Shown here: positions 1 to 13,365 of the stretch, one piece after another
How positions within the stretch are numbered: the first letter of the stretch is position 1
How the letters are laid out: the number at the start of each line of letters is the position of its first letter
From: Octopus vulgaris
Taxonomy: Eukaryota
DNA: 64,000 nucleotides
Assembly: GCA_951406725.2 (NCBI GenBank)
Contig: OX597819.1
Location: 91,078,001-91,142,000 of the forward strand
Direction of reading: 5' to 3'
The notes under the pieces: generated by a model
Databases searched by the model: none
Seen by the model: only the letters and a program-made list of their open reading frames with translations
Told to the model about the DNA's origin: nothing
Translations under genes and position numbers: made by a program

Positions 1-742
1 CACGTGATATATGTATGTATTTATATATATATATATCTGTATGTATGTATGTGTGTATGTATGTATGTATGTATGTATGTATGTATGTATGTATGTATGT
101 ATGTATGTATGTATGTATGTATGTATGTATGTATGTATGTATGTATGTATGTATGTATGTATGTATGTATGTATTTATATATATATATATATATATAAAT
201 GAAGTATAAGGAAAGGAAAAACTTTAAGTATAGACAAACTTTAATTCATAATCCAGGTTGATACAGAACCAATATACATTCTTTTTTATCCAAGTCTGCT
301 GGCACAATCCGTGTTTGAAATCCCTTTGAAGGATTTTGGTCCTCAATTCTTATATATATATATATTCTTTTATTCTTTTACTTGTTTCAGCCATTTGACT
401 GTGGCCATGCTGGAGCACTACCTTCAAGGATTTTAGTTGAACAAATTGACCCCAAGACTTATTCTTTGTAAGCCTACTGCTTATTCTACTGGTCTCGTTT
501 GCTGAACCACTGAGTTACAGGGATGTAAACACACCAACACCGGCTGTCAAGAGGGGATGGGGGCACAAGCAAAGACACAAAGACACACACATACATATGT
601 GATGGGCTTCTTTCAGTTTCCGTCACCCACATCCACTCACAAGGCTTTGGTTGGTCCAAAGCTGTAGTAGCAGACACTTGCCCAAGGTGCTGAACCTGGA
701 ACCATGTGGTGAACCACACAAACATAGGCACATACATGTGCC

Positions 743-773
<31 letters not shown>

Positions 774-960
774 GTTATACATGTAACAACATGAACAAGA
801 ATGAAGAAAATCCCATTTTTATTTGATGATTACACCATTCATTGCTGATGATTATTTCTATTGTGCCAGCATATTTAGAAGTAGTGGGGGGGAAAAAGGT
901 ACAAAATACCAATCAAATCAATATATCGGAATATCTATGTTAATACAAAACTATCAAGGT

Positions 961-1459
961 TGTAGTGAACCCTGGTGGCTACAATGGGAAGCAAAACAGT
1001 AAAAGGATTTAATGAGAATAATCTCCCTCATGCTTCTAGAATGTTCAAGAGCTTTCTGGAAGCTTCTGGTTTACGTGGAAGTCAAGGACTTCTGGTTCAT
1101 CCCTTATATTAAGGAAGGAAATTCTAAATTCGTGCCACTCTGTGTCTGTCTAACCTTAGGGTGGCATTGAGTCAAGCTGCCTTACTTTACACCCACTTGT
1201 GCACACATTCACCTCACTTACTTGGAGACATATGACTGCAAACAGAACATATTCATGTAATGTTATAAGCTTTCCTTCAATTAACTTTGTATGTTAACGC
1301 ATTACCTCCAGTAATAAAAGTTATGGTTTACTACAAGTGTCTCATGAATTTCAATTTTCTTGTACTGACTAAATTATCGTGTTGTACTGACTAAATTATA
1401 GTGTATCGTTAAATCAACGTTACCACCTAAAATGGATAACCCTGACATCACACACTGTA
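961..1459 (+). mobile_element. Probable solo LTR
   Basis: Starts TGTAGTG and ends CACTGTA (degenerate inverse). Flanked by AGGT/AGGT. TATA-like motif at ~1104 and AATAAA at 1313. Confidence 0.6.
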
Positions 1460-1659
1460 AGGTTATCCAAAATAGGCTAAATTCAAAGTGAACTGAGATA
1501 ATGTTGCTAATAAATGAACACATACAAAAAGAATGTTAAGAAGAAAAATAACATTCTAAGACATGCCAGTTTATTATTTAAAGTTATGATGACGTCAGTA
1601 GGTAAGGAAAAAAACAAAACAATAAACATAGAAATTTTACATCAAAACATTTAGTTATC

Positions 1660-1815
1660 TAGAAATTCTACATCATGACATTTAATAAACAAGCTTGCCT
1701 GCAATATCAAGGACATGATGACTGCAGTTAGGGAGGATATGGCCAACATAAAGATCAGCTTATCAATGCATTTAGCCATCTCAGAATCTACATCAAGGCT
1801 GATGGAAGTGAATAG
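1660..1815 (+). pseudogene. Degenerate Tc1/DD37D transposase C-terminal fragment
   Basis: NIKDMMTAVREDMANI / KDQLINAFSHLRIYIKADG resembles a Tc1-family C-terminus. Confidence 0.4.
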
Positions 1816-1855
1816 CCTTATGGCATGTGTATGCGAATATATGAGTACCAAATTA

Positions 1856-2089
1856 AAGGCGGCGAGCTGGCAGAAACGTTAGCACACCGGGCGAAATGCG
1901 TAGTCGTATTTCTTCTGCCGTTACGTTCTGAGTTCAAATTCCGCCGAGGTCGACTTTACCTTTCATCCTTTCGGGGTCGATAAATTAAGTACCACTTACG
2001 CACTGGGGTCGATGTAATCGACTTAAATCGTTTGTCTGTCCTTGTTTGTCCCCTCTGTGTTTAGCCCCTTGTGGGTAGTAAAGAAATAG
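1856..2089 (+). mobile_element. tRNA-derived SINE family B (representative copy; MetaSINE-like central domain)
   Basis: GGCGGCGAGCTGGCAGAA...GAGTTCAAATTCC...CCTTTCATCCTTTCGGGGTCGATAAA..AGTACC. Copies at ~11695-12142, 20155-20368, 20840-21069, 22690-22918, 35450-35650, 37790-38955 and 54125-55240. Confidence 0.85.
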
Positions 2090-2467
2090 AGTACCGAATT
2101 TTATAAAAAGTATATTGGTTTTTCTTATGGATATTTTTATTTTCCTTAAATTGTTAGTTAAAATGTTGCACTGTAGTAGTTGATGCATCCTGTATATATG
2201 TTTATATGTATGTATGTATGTGTGCACACGCATGTGTGAATATACATAATGTATGTGTATATATATGTACATATATACACACACATATATATATTTACAT
2301 ATCTATCTATCTATATGTGTATATATATATGTGTGTGTGTATGTATATATATATGTATATATATATCAATAATAACAAAGGGTGAAATCAATTAATTAAG
2401 AAGTAATCAGTAATTTCACCAAGTAGAATTTGGCACGTACAAGACCAAGTCATGGTAAGTTTAAGTA

Positions 2468-2631
2468 ATACTAAATAATTAGGGTTCAGCAATGATTTGC
2501 CTCACCACACACCGAATTTAGAAATAGCAGTCAAAAAGTCTTGGCTATTCCTTCTACTTTAAAGGGAGATCCCTTTAAAGTAGAAGGAATAGCCAAGACT
2601 TTTTAATCGTTGCTGAACCCTAATTATTTAG

Positions 2632-2634
<3 letters not shown>
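2468..2634. repeat. Fold-back inverted repeat
   Basis: Perfect 35-bp arms 2533-2567 / 2570-2604, plus outer 30-bp arms 2468-2497 / 2605-2634 (1 mismatch). Confidence 0.9.
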
Positions 2635-2718
<84 letters not shown>

Positions 2719-2737
2719 GTATGTATGTATATATATA

Positions 2738-4575
2738 TCATCATCATCATCATCATCATCATCATTTAGCGTCCGCCTTCCATGCTAGCATGGGTTGGAT
2801 GGTTCAACTGGGGTCTGTGAAGCTGGAAGGCTTCATCAGGCCCAGTCAGATCTGGCAGTGTTTCTACGGCTGGATGCCCTTCCCAACGCCAACCACTCCG
2901 TGAGTGTAGTGGGTGCTTTTTATGTGCCACCCGCACAGGTGCCAGATAGAGCTGGCAAACGGCCACGAATGGATGGTGCTTTTACGTGTCACCGGCACGG
3001 GGCCAGGCGAGGCTGGCAACGGACACGAACGGATGGTGCTTTTACGTGCCACCAACACAGGGGCCAGACAGAGCTGACAAATGGCCACGAACGGATGGTG
3101 CTTTTACATGTCACCAGCACGGGGGCCAGGCGAGGCTGGCAACGGACACGAACGGATGGTGCTTTTACGTGCCACCGACACGGGGGCCAGACAGAGCTGG
3201 CAAATGGCCACGAACGGATGGTGCTTTTACGTGTCACTGGCACAGGGGCCAGGCGAGGCTGGCAGCGGACACGAACGGATGGTTCACTTAACCACAGCTG
3301 CAATTCCCACTGATGTTGATCGACCTCAATTTTGGTTCTGCTTTCTGATATATATATATGTATATGTATATATATATATAAAAATACAAAATGGGACAAA
3401 AACGCAAAACATCCGGACAACTAGGTGATACAAAAAGGGACAACAAAACATCCAGATAGACGATACAAAGAAAACAAGGATGGATCATTTGGAGTTTTCT
3501 CTCCTCAGTCGAGTTCCAGATTATCTTTGCAATTTCAGCTGGTTATACTCAAGATTGCTCCAATCTTGCCAGCCCCAAGGAAAAACTAAGCTAAGTGCAT
3601 TAGATTCCTTGGAAGAAAGCAGTGAATGTATATAAAAATATGGACGGAAAAAAAAAACAGAGACTGTTACACAAATCCAAAAAACAGGACATAACAACAG
3701 GTGTCTTTTGACTAAGGATGAATTAAATTAAGCTGGCATGTGTGGAAATAAAGCCTTATGGGATACAAGATTTCACAGACACAGGGAGGAATATAGATGT
3801 TGCATGGACGATGGCTGAACCAAGAAAGAAAGATCAGGCTTTTTACATGCCACCAGCATGGGAGCCAGTCAGGGGGCACTGGCCAGAGCTATGATATTGG
3901 TTTTACTTGACAACAGGTCTTCACAAGCATATCATATCACCTGATGCATCAGGGGTACTCTTAACTGGGCCAGACATGTGTGGCTGCGATCTCACTTCAG
4001 TTGTCGGTTCTTCTCAATCACAGCATATCTCCAAAGGGCTCGATCACCTGTCATTGCCTCTGTGAGGCCCAGTGTTTGAAGGTCATGCTTCACCACCTCA
4101 TCCCTGGGTGTACCTCTTCCACAGGTTCCTTCCACAGTTAGGGAATGGCACTTCCTCACACAGCTGTCCTCATCCATACATAACACATGACCATACCAGT
4201 GCAGTCGTCTCTCTTGCACACCACATTTGATGTTTCTTATCCCCAACTTTCCTTTCATGGTGCTTACACTCTGTCTTGTATGCACACTAACATTACACAT
4301 CCAGCTGATCATACTAGCTTCATTTCTTTTAAGCCTACGTTTGTCTTCAGCAGTCATGGCCTGTGTTTCACTGCTGTGTAGCATGGAAGTTTACACACAT
4401 GCATCATACAGTCTACCTTTCATCCTGAGCGAGAGGCCCTTTGTTGCCAGTAGAGGAAAGAGCTCCCTGAACTTTGCCTTGGCTATTCTTATTCTAGCTG
4501 CTACACTCTCAAAGCAACCACCCTCACTACAGACTTGGTCGCCTAGGTAGCAGAAGCTATTAGCTACTTCTAGTT
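2738..4575 (-). mobile_element. RTE-clade LINE 3' remnant with (GAT)n tail, interrupted by an insertion at ~3345-3835
   Basis: ORF 3992-4384 (LHSSET...RRLHWYGHVLCMDED...GTCGRG) is typical of an RTE C-terminus. The 3' UTR carries ~60-bp tandem units and ends in (CAT)n on the plus strand. Confidence 0.8.
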
Positions 4576-4667
4576 TCTAGATTAATCAAAAGCAATGGAA
4601 TTAAGATTTCAGTACGTAAGTGTAGAGTATTCTTTAATAGATTATAACTGAAAGGCTCCTAACCCAT

Positions 4668-4905
4668 GGGCATATGGCGTAGTGGTTAAAAGTGCTGGCT
4701 ACTAACCTCAAGATTCCGAGTTCGATTCTGGGCAGTAACCTGAATAATCATAATAATAATAATAATAATAATAATATAAAAAATAGCTTAGGAATGAGAA
4801 CCCAGGTTCGAAATTTCCCCAAGTCACCTGAGGAAGGCTGGAGGGTATATTAGTTGAAGTGTTGTGTTAACAAACAAACAAGATGAGGACAAATATCTGT
4901 CAAAT
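4668..4905 (+). mobile_element. tRNA-headed element followed by (TAA)n and a degenerate HHR motif
   Basis: A-box TGGCGTAGTGG (4675-4685) and B-box GTTCGATTC (4720-4728). CAC-CTGAGGAA-GGCTG gagggtatat TAGTT-GAAG-TGTT-GTG at ~4825-4866. Confidence 0.55.
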
Positions 4906-5559
4906 GTCATCATCATCATCATCATCATCGTTTAACGTCCACTTTCCATGCTAGCATGGGTTGGACAGTTCAACTGGGGTCTGGGAAGCCCGAAGGCTGC
5001 ACCAGGCCAGTCAGATCTGGCAGTGTTTCTACAGCTGGATGCCCTTCCTAACGCCAACCACTCCGTGAGTGTAGTGGGTGCTTTTTATGTGCCACCGACA
5101 CAGGTGCCAGACGAGGCTGGCGAATGGTGTTTTTTATGTGCCACCGACACAGGTGCCAGACAAGGCTGGTGAACGGCCACGCTCGGATGGTGTTTTTTAC
5201 GTGCTACCAGCACGGAGGCCAGTCGATGCGGTACTGGCTACGGCCACGTTCAGATGGTTTTCTTATGTGCCACCAGCACTGGTACCACAAAACTACAAAT
5301 TCCATTGACCTGAGTTACTTGTTTCTGATCATTCAGCTAGTTTTGCTCTTTTTTGTTTCAAATATCTGTCATTGAATCATTTTTTTATATTAATTGAAAG
5401 CTACGGAGAAAATGCTTATCTGTATGTTTTCTTTAAAAGAAAAACTTTATGAGTGACACTTGCAAAACATAACTGTTTCATGCTCACATTTCTCATATGA
5501 TTTCTAGTTCTCATGGGAATACCCTAAATGTCATAAACTTCTTACTTGCATGGCCACTC

Positions 5560-5781
5560 TCTCTTTACTCTTTACTCTTTTACTTGTTTCAGTCATTTGA
5601 CTGTGGCCATGCTGGAGCACCGCCTTTAGTCAAGCAAATCTACCCCAGGACTTATTCTTTGTAAGCCCAGTACTTATTCTGTCAGTCTCTTTTGCCGAAC
5701 CGCTAAGTTACAGGGACGTAAACACACCAGCATCGGTTGTCAAGCAATGCTAGGGGGACAAACACAGACACACAAACATAT

Positions 5782-5838
<57 letters not shown>

Positions 5839-6003
5839 TACGACAGGCTTCTTTCAGTTTCCGTCTACCAAATCCACTCAAGGCATTGGTCGGCCCGAGG
5901 CTATAGCAGAAGACACTTGCCCAAGATGCCACACAGTGGGACTGAACCCGGAACCATGTGGTTGGTAAGCAAGCAACTTACCACACAACCACTCCTGTGC
6001 CTA
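5560..6003 (-). mobile_element. tRNA-derived SINE family A with internal (TA)/(TG) microsatellite (representative copy)
   Basis: Head GGAGTGG.TGTGTGGTAAG...GGTTCAGTCCC, then TTGGGCAAGTG, GTGGATTTGGTAGACGGAAACTG and an AAAGAG/AAAGAAT tail. Copies at ~366-745, 17473-18066, 22515-23230, 27165-27567, 32070-32460, 35023-35428, 41410-42850 (split), 47625-48050, 57093-57466 and 60270-63798 (split). Confidence 0.85.
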
Positions 6004-6169
6004 CTTCATGAAACTGCATTGTTGCTTAGGCAAAATTTTAAAGTAATATTTTTAAAACAATGAGTGTGTGTGCATGTGTGCATTTTGCATGTGCCTGCAT
6101 ATATGAACATATATCTACACATACATATACATACACACACACATATATGCAAATATATATATAATCTTA

Positions 6170-6410
6170 TAAAAAAACCACAAATCATGTAAATGCAACC
6201 ACCCAGAGTTTCCTGGTCAAAATAATAATTTATTCTGCCATTTATCAAGTTGAAAACAAGACTGTTTGTCAGTTGTCCTTTGAGTAGATAATGTTTCAAA
6301 AGACAACTGACAAACGGTCTTGTTTTCAGCTTGATAAATGGTGAAATAAATTATGATTTCAACTAGAAAACCCTGGGTAGCTCTATTTACGAGATTTGTG
6401 GTTCTTTTTT
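6170..6410. repeat. Fold-back inverted repeat with ~110-bp arms
   Basis: CCATTTATCAAGTTGAAAACAAGACTGTTTGTCAGTTGTC is mirrored by GACAACTGACAAACGGTCTTGTTTTCAGCTTGATAAATGG, with a ~13-nt spacer. Confidence 0.88.
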
Positions 6411-6476
6411 AATTGTAAGATTGTCTTTATTCTCTTTGCTGATCAAGTACTTTTCTACTCATTAAAGCATTACCAT

Positions 6477-6515
<39 letters not shown>

Positions 6516-7110
6516 AGAGGAGGGATATAATATCCAGGCAGATAACAAATTTCTCTGAGTGAAGCACTCTTCATCATTGTTCTCCTCCATTAGTACCCTC
6601 CATACTCTGCAAGACTACTGGATGTCTTAAATATATTTTGTGCAGTTGTGCAATTGTGTACAAGTTCTTTTGTTGGCTTGTGACTCTATTTATATATTGG
6701 TGTGAAAAACAAATATCTGTTTGATTTATTTTTAATGAAATCTTCCCAAACACCACACACATGTACACACACATGAATACCACCACCACCATCATCATCA
6801 TCATCATCGTCATCATTGCTCTTTTAATCTGTATTTTTCCATACTATTTCCAGTATATATATCTACATCTCCACACACACACAAACACACACAAGAAAGG
6901 AGATGACAAAGGAATAACCAATTATCTTATGAACTTCATTGGCTTACAGCTGTCTCCACAATAAAATACTGTGAACTCATAGTTGAGTGCCTGAGCAACC
7001 CCTTAGTTTCATCAGACCCTCAAATATGAAGTATATGTGTATAAATACACACACACACACACACACACATGCACACATATATCTATATCTATATCTATCT
7101 ATCTATCTAC

Positions 7111-7253
<143 letters not shown>

Positions 7254-7347
7254 AGAGTAAACGCATAAATGTGAAACAAGGTGGAAAAAAGAGTACTCAA
7301 ATACCGGGGGTGGAGTAATATGCTTTATTTAAAAGCAGCAGAAATTC

Positions 7348-7400
7348 AACAAAACCTGTTACTCGGAGTTTCACGTCCCCGTTCGTCGGACAGTTTTGTT
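7348..7400 (-). ncRNA. Minimal type I hammerhead motif with one core substitution
   Basis: Minus strand reads AACAAAACUGU-CCGACGA-[ACG ggga CGU]-GAA-ACUC c GAGU-A-ACAgGUUUUGUU. Confidence 0.7.
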
Positions 7401-7656
7401 AAAATAGAACCGATATGACAATTCTATCAAGACTAGTATAAACATTACACCTTTAAAAATGGACTTGTTTGATTGGTCCTTTCAAATAACAGTCATATGC
7501 GAGTATATATATATATGTGGTACCTGTGGAATGGGGGGACTCTGGAAGACGTGGGATGAAGTGGTAAGGACCAATCTCAGGATGTTGGGCCTCACAGGGG
7601 AAATGAGAATGAACCAAGATGTCTGGTGATATGAAGTTCTTGAGAAGATCGCCCAG

Positions 7657-7890
7657 TTTGATATAGTCGCTTTTTACCTATCTATATCAAAAGGTCTACT
7701 GGCCAAGGTGCTTTCATTCGCTAGGGACTTCACTGACATTAACGGCAGAGATATAGAAGTCATTATGCATGCCAGAAAGACAGTGCTGTTCAAAAAAAGG
7801 TTCAGGATGGGTCAAGTAATCTGACCTCAGGAGCTCCTTTGATTTGGCGATGGGGCCCTTCAACAGTGCTGACATATGTGACCCCTTCAG
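7657..7890 (+). pseudogene. Degenerate PLE RT fragment of a different family
   Basis: Manual translation FDIVAFYLSISKGLL...IMHARKTVLF/.../WVK*...FDLAMGPFNSADICD resembles PLE RT motifs 3-4. Confidence 0.7.
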
Positions 7891-7904
7891 GTTGTATATC
7901 CTCG

Positions 7905-7943
<39 letters not shown>

Positions 7944-9217
7944 TACATATAAAATAGAATTAAAATTGAGTAGTTGACCATGCTAGGGCACTGCCTTGAA
8001 GAGTTTAGTTGATAAAATAGTCTCCAATACTTATTTTTTTAAAGTCTGGTACCTATTCCATTATTCTCGTTTGTTGAGCTGCTAAGTATTAAGGAAGAAA
8101 ACAAACCAACACTGATTGTCAAGCAGTGGTTGTGGTGCAACAAACACAAAAGAGGCACACATGTATTTGCATATGTATACACACACACACATTAATCCCT
8201 ACACATTTTTTTTATCTCACTGTTTTTTGTATGTTCTTTATCTGGTTTTTTTCCCTCTCAATCCTTTCTGTTGAAGACTTTTCCATTCTTCCTGAGCATT
8301 GTTGTTCCTTCATCTGTCTTTGTCTTTTGTTTTCTGTAAGTTTGAACTACACACACACACACACACAATGGGTTGCCACAGTTTCCATCTACCAAATCCA
8401 CTCACAAGCCATTGGCCTGCCCAGGGCTGTAGTAGATAACACTTGCCTAAGGTGCCGAACAGTAGGACTGAACCTGAACCCATGTGGTTGCAAAGCAAGC
8501 TTCTTAACCTCACAGTCATGCTTGCACCTTTGTTACAGTTGAGTGTTTTGACCTTGGGGAGGATGACCTGAAAGAAAACTGAAGTTTTAATCTATTATTT
8601 CACTTGCAGCAGTTATAATGTTTTAATGCCTTGTCACTTACTGTGTCAAAGGGGTCAAAGGTTACCCATCATTGTCCTGTGTTTAGAGCATTACTTGTCC
8701 TTAATCTAGCCCTGTATGTCATAACTCACTTTCCCTGTCAACCCATATCACATCTACCCAAGAAGCTATATTTAAATGTAATAAAACAAAGAAAAGCCAC
8801 TGGTAGATCACGTGTTTCTTGTAATTACTTCCTCCTCAAACAGCATGTGTTTCACACAATTTGTATTTACAATGCTGTTTTAACATAATAACAGAGGAAA
8901 AAAATCCTTTTGTGCTTGCTATATTAAAATTCAATTTTCTTTAAGGTAGATGAGAATTATTTATAAAGTCATTGACTTGCTAGTTTAGTTAACATGATGG
9001 GAACTATGTTAGTATATGTGTATGCATGCATGTATGCACGAATGCATGTTTTCTCTTTCTCTTTTTGATTTAGAGTAAATTTTGACCAAACTACTGACTT
9101 GGTGGCAAGGTTGTGGAGGAAAGTATCTTGATTTAATCATCATCTTTTAAATCCTAAGGTCTTGTAGATTTTTATAATCCCAGATATCATGATTATTTGT
9201 ATGTATGTATGTGCTTG

Positions 9218-9249
<32 letters not shown>

Positions 9250-9537
9250 TGTATGTATGTATGTATGTATGTATGTATGTATGTGCTTGTATATGTATGT
9301 TTGTATGTATGTATGTATGTTTGTTTGTGTGTGTGTATGTATGTATATCTATGTGTATGTCATTATTCAGTTTTATTTCAAGATTTCTTGCCAACAGAGA
9401 AATATCAGGTTTCTAACCTAGATCCAAGGCACTTTCAATGGAACGTATGTATGTATGTATGCATGCATGTATGTATGTATGTATGTATGCATGCATGTAT
9501 GTATGTATGTATGTATGTATGTATGTATGTATGTATG

Positions 9538-9568
<31 letters not shown>

Positions 9569-10349
9569 GAGTTTTGTATATATGTATACACCAACACAAT
9601 TATGCTTTATACTTTAAATTATATTCTCACATGTATGCATACGAACTTATTGTTCGTTGTTGGGAATGAAAAATGAGAAATTCTCAGGTAATATTTTTGT
9701 TTAGAATTATGACATATAAGGTACAAATGATCCTTCTCTTTCATTCTTAGGGCTTCAGTTTCAACCTGTATTTAAACCAGACTTCACAATCGAATTATGC
9801 ATGTGTGTATGAGTGTATGTTGAGTATGTGGGAATGTGTGCAAATGTATGTATATACCAACACACCATATTCTGCAGCATGAAAGATACATCCTGATTTA
9901 AGGCATGTAATTCCAGAAAACATCTTTTTAAACTTACCAAAGCCCCAGCCTCACAATCAGGTAGGGCAAAATGCCTGTTATCAAACAAAATTAGTGAACA
10001 CACCAGCAGAGTGTCCGTGCCTGTCATTCAGCAACATCATCAGACAATAGTCAGACAATATTGTACTAATATCATATTTTTGTAGTTGGTTTGCAAGATT
10101 CTTTATGTGAAACTGTGTTGAAACAGATTTTGTTGTGCCTTGGGAGGGTCAGTATACCAATGAAAATACACACATTGTTTCTGTTTGACTTCTTGTATTC
10201 ATGTATGTATGTATGTATGTATGTATGTATGTATGTATGTATGTATGTATGTATGTATGTATGTATGTATGTATGTATGTATGTATGTTTGTATGTATGT
10301 ATGTATGTATGTATGTATGTATGTATGTATGTATGTATGTATGTATGTA

Positions 10350-10548
10350 TAGTTAATCCAAACATGAACAAAGAGAAAACACAACAACGCGAGGACATGG
10401 AACAAGTATAGTGTTATTAGACGCACAGGAAAGGAAAGAAAGAAGGAGGATTTAACGTTTCAAGTGGAGCTCTTCATCAGAAGGTCCAAGGAAGGGAAGA
10501 CGGAGAAAGAAAATCGCCAACAATACACACACGGTCACATATTGAAAA
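10350..10548 (-). mobile_element. Short HHR-bearing PLE-like terminal fragment in a (TATG)n tract
   Basis: Minus strand CTGATGAAGAGCTCCACTTGAAACGTTAA at ~10452-10480. Homologous to 18615-18810 and 19645-19732. Confidence 0.65.
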
Positions 10549-11581
10549 TGTATGTATGTATGAATGTATGTATGTATGTATGTATGTATATATGTATATA
10601 TGTATGTATGTGTGTATGTATGTATGTATGTATGTACGTATGTATGTATGTCATTATTTAGCTTATTTCAAGATTTCTTGCCAACAGAGAAAGAACTGGT
10701 TTCTAACCTAGATCCAAGGCTCCATCATTGGAATTTCCACATCAACAACAGAATACTTTTGTATGTATGTATGTATGCATGCATGTATTTATGAGCAGAT
10801 TTGTATGTTTTGCTTTATGTTTGTATTCTCAGGCATTTAGTTCCATATCTAGACATGTTCGTATATATTTAAATGATAAACTTCTGGAATGTTTTACCGA
10901 TGTCTTCAAGGTTTTTGGTCAATCAAAATGATCTTAATGCATTTTTCAGTCTGGCACATATTTTATCAATCTCTAAGTACCAAACTACTAGGTCACAGTT
11001 TTAACATAAAAGAAAGTGACTCGACACTGGTTCACACTAGTAAACATAAACACAGAACATATAAGCAAACATATACACACACATACACATATATATCAAA
11101 TATATATATATTTTTTCCAATAACTACACACAAATAATCATTTTTTAATTAGCATTAAAGAGTAAAGGAAGTGAGACTATATAAGCAATCTTGTTTATCT
11201 GTGGTGTATTTGTAGTCTAAGCAGGGTGTGAGATGTGATAGTGAACATTAAAGTAAACTTAACATGTTGTAAAAATAAATACCATATGTTTGAAGCAGTG
11301 CAGACATCCTAAAATAATAGAAATAATGCACTAGTGTATTAATAGCATATCTGGAAATCTTGGGTACCATATTTCCAAGTATCATCATTATCATCATCAT
11401 CGTTATCGTCATCGTTGTCGTTGTCGGCACCATCACTGCCACCACTACTAACACCACCACCACCACCACCACCATCACCACCACCATCGTCGCCGTCGCC
11501 GCTACCACCACTTCCAGCCTTTGCATCACTCTGTTACTTTGGCCAAATATTAATAAAATGCACATGCACACATATATATAA

Positions 11582-11618
<37 letters not shown>

Positions 11619-13365
11619 GTAATAATGATAATTTGATTCTTTTAATTTACTATTTGTTTCTTTTAACATAATAATAATAATAATAATAATAATCATCCTT
11701 TCTACTATAGGCATAAGGCTTGAAATTTGTGGGGAGGGAGATAGTTGATCACATCGACCCCAGTACTTAACTAGTACTTAATTCATTGACCCCGAAAGAA
11801 TGAAAGGCAAAGTTGACCTTGGCAGAATTTGAACTCGGAATGTAGCGACAGGCGAAATACCACTAAGCATTTTGTCCAGCATGCTAATGATTCTGCCAGC
11901 CTGCTGCCTTAATAAAAATAATAATAGTAATAATAATAATCTTTTCTACTATTGGCACAAAGCCTAAAATATGGAGGGAGGGGTTAAATCGAGTACATCA
12001 ACTCCAGCACTCAACTATTCCTTATTTCATCAACCCCCAAAAGGATGGCAGGCAAAACCTTTTGAACTCAGAACATAAAGACAGACAAAATGTCACTAAG
12101 TATTTTGTCCAGTGTGCTAACGACTCTGCTAGCTCACCGCCACATTAATGATAATAGCAACAACAGCGGTGGAGGTGCAATGGCCCAGTGGTTAGGGTAG
12201 TGGACTTGCAGTCATAAGAATGTGGTTTCGATTTCCAGACTGGGCATTATGAGTGTTTATTGAACAAAAACACCTAAGCTCCACGAGGCTCTGGTCGAAG
12301 TGCCTTAGAGTCAATCTAACAAAAACCAGTTGGGATATATCCAAAGGAACCCTACTCACCTAACTTCTGGCCAGAACCCAAAAGTAAATTCCTCCAACTC
12401 AAGCAGTTAACATGTCCACCCAGAATGACAGAACCACAGCAAAAGAAGCCACTCACATAACCTCCCTCACTCTTCTTCTGTCAAGGCCCTTTGGCCATTC
12501 AAGTGATGTCACTGACCCTATACTTCTGGTTCACCTCACCCCTGCATCAGCAAAACATAATCGAGGAAAGACTTGAGAAAGAAAGCTTGTATTTTCTGAT
12601 CATATAAATTTGTATGAGTGTTTACACAGTGCCTTACCATGGTTACTGAAATAGAATATGCTGAATGTCAAATGCATTGCTTTCTCAATTGAACTGTTTA
12701 TATTTAAAATGCTGTATACTGCATCACTGCTGATTCCAGCTCCATGGGTTAATAGTTTGTTGACCTATAGCAGAAAGATCGATTTTAATTTTATCACATG
12801 TACTGTACTCTTAACTCTCAAACAGAATAGTCTTCTTAAGATATACATAGCTACCATAGGATGTTGTAACTAATTAGAAAGAACAACATCAGTTTGTTGC
12901 TGTCTGAATATGAACATAGCAATCATTGGCTAGTCAATGAATCACCGAGCAAAGCAGATAAATAAATAAATAAATAGATAAAAGTGTTTGATTTAAGAAA
13001 TCTAGCTTATGGCATTAATTGGTAGAAAACAGTCGATACCATAAGTATGAAACAAGATGTGCATCAACTGCCAAGAAAGAGTACCCAAATTTCCCTTAAA
13101 TCAAATCCTTCCACTTTAATAAGAGATTATATATAAGACTTCATCAGACAATGTAGAATTAGATATATGATGCTTGAATAAAAGTTGGTATTGTCATCAT
13201 TGGAATCCATTTGAGATCTGCTCAGTCAGAGATGTTCAAAATATTTAGGCATAGCTAAGTGGTTTAAGAAGTTTGCTTCCTAGCTGTATGGGTTTGGGTT
13301 CAGTCCCATTGTGTGACACCTTGAGCATGTATCTTCTATTATAGCACCAAGCCAACTAAGGGTTG

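Noticed and set aside
4-209. Many 60-190 aa ORFs of YIYI, VCMY, HTHT, poly-T or poly-R type across the window
   Set aside because: They are translations of microsatellites with no coding signal.
290-352. Weak HHR-like folds on the minus strand (also 3478-3512 and 42550-42597)
   Set aside because: Both core segments are too altered to call, although they may be PLE-terminal relics.
2930-3285. CRISPR-like periodic repeats
   Set aside because: Eukaryotic context, the intervening parts are themselves repeated, there are no cas genes, and it lies in a LINE 3' UTR.
4668-4740. Functional tRNA gene (also ~12170 and ~46216)
   Set aside because: No complete cloverleaf or acceptor stem; these are SINE-type heads.
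9938-9974. Possible minus-strand micro-exon (AG...GTAAGT); similar plus-strand candidates at ~21361 and 56151-56212
   Set aside because: Splice-like signals only, with no recognisable protein or consistent gene model.
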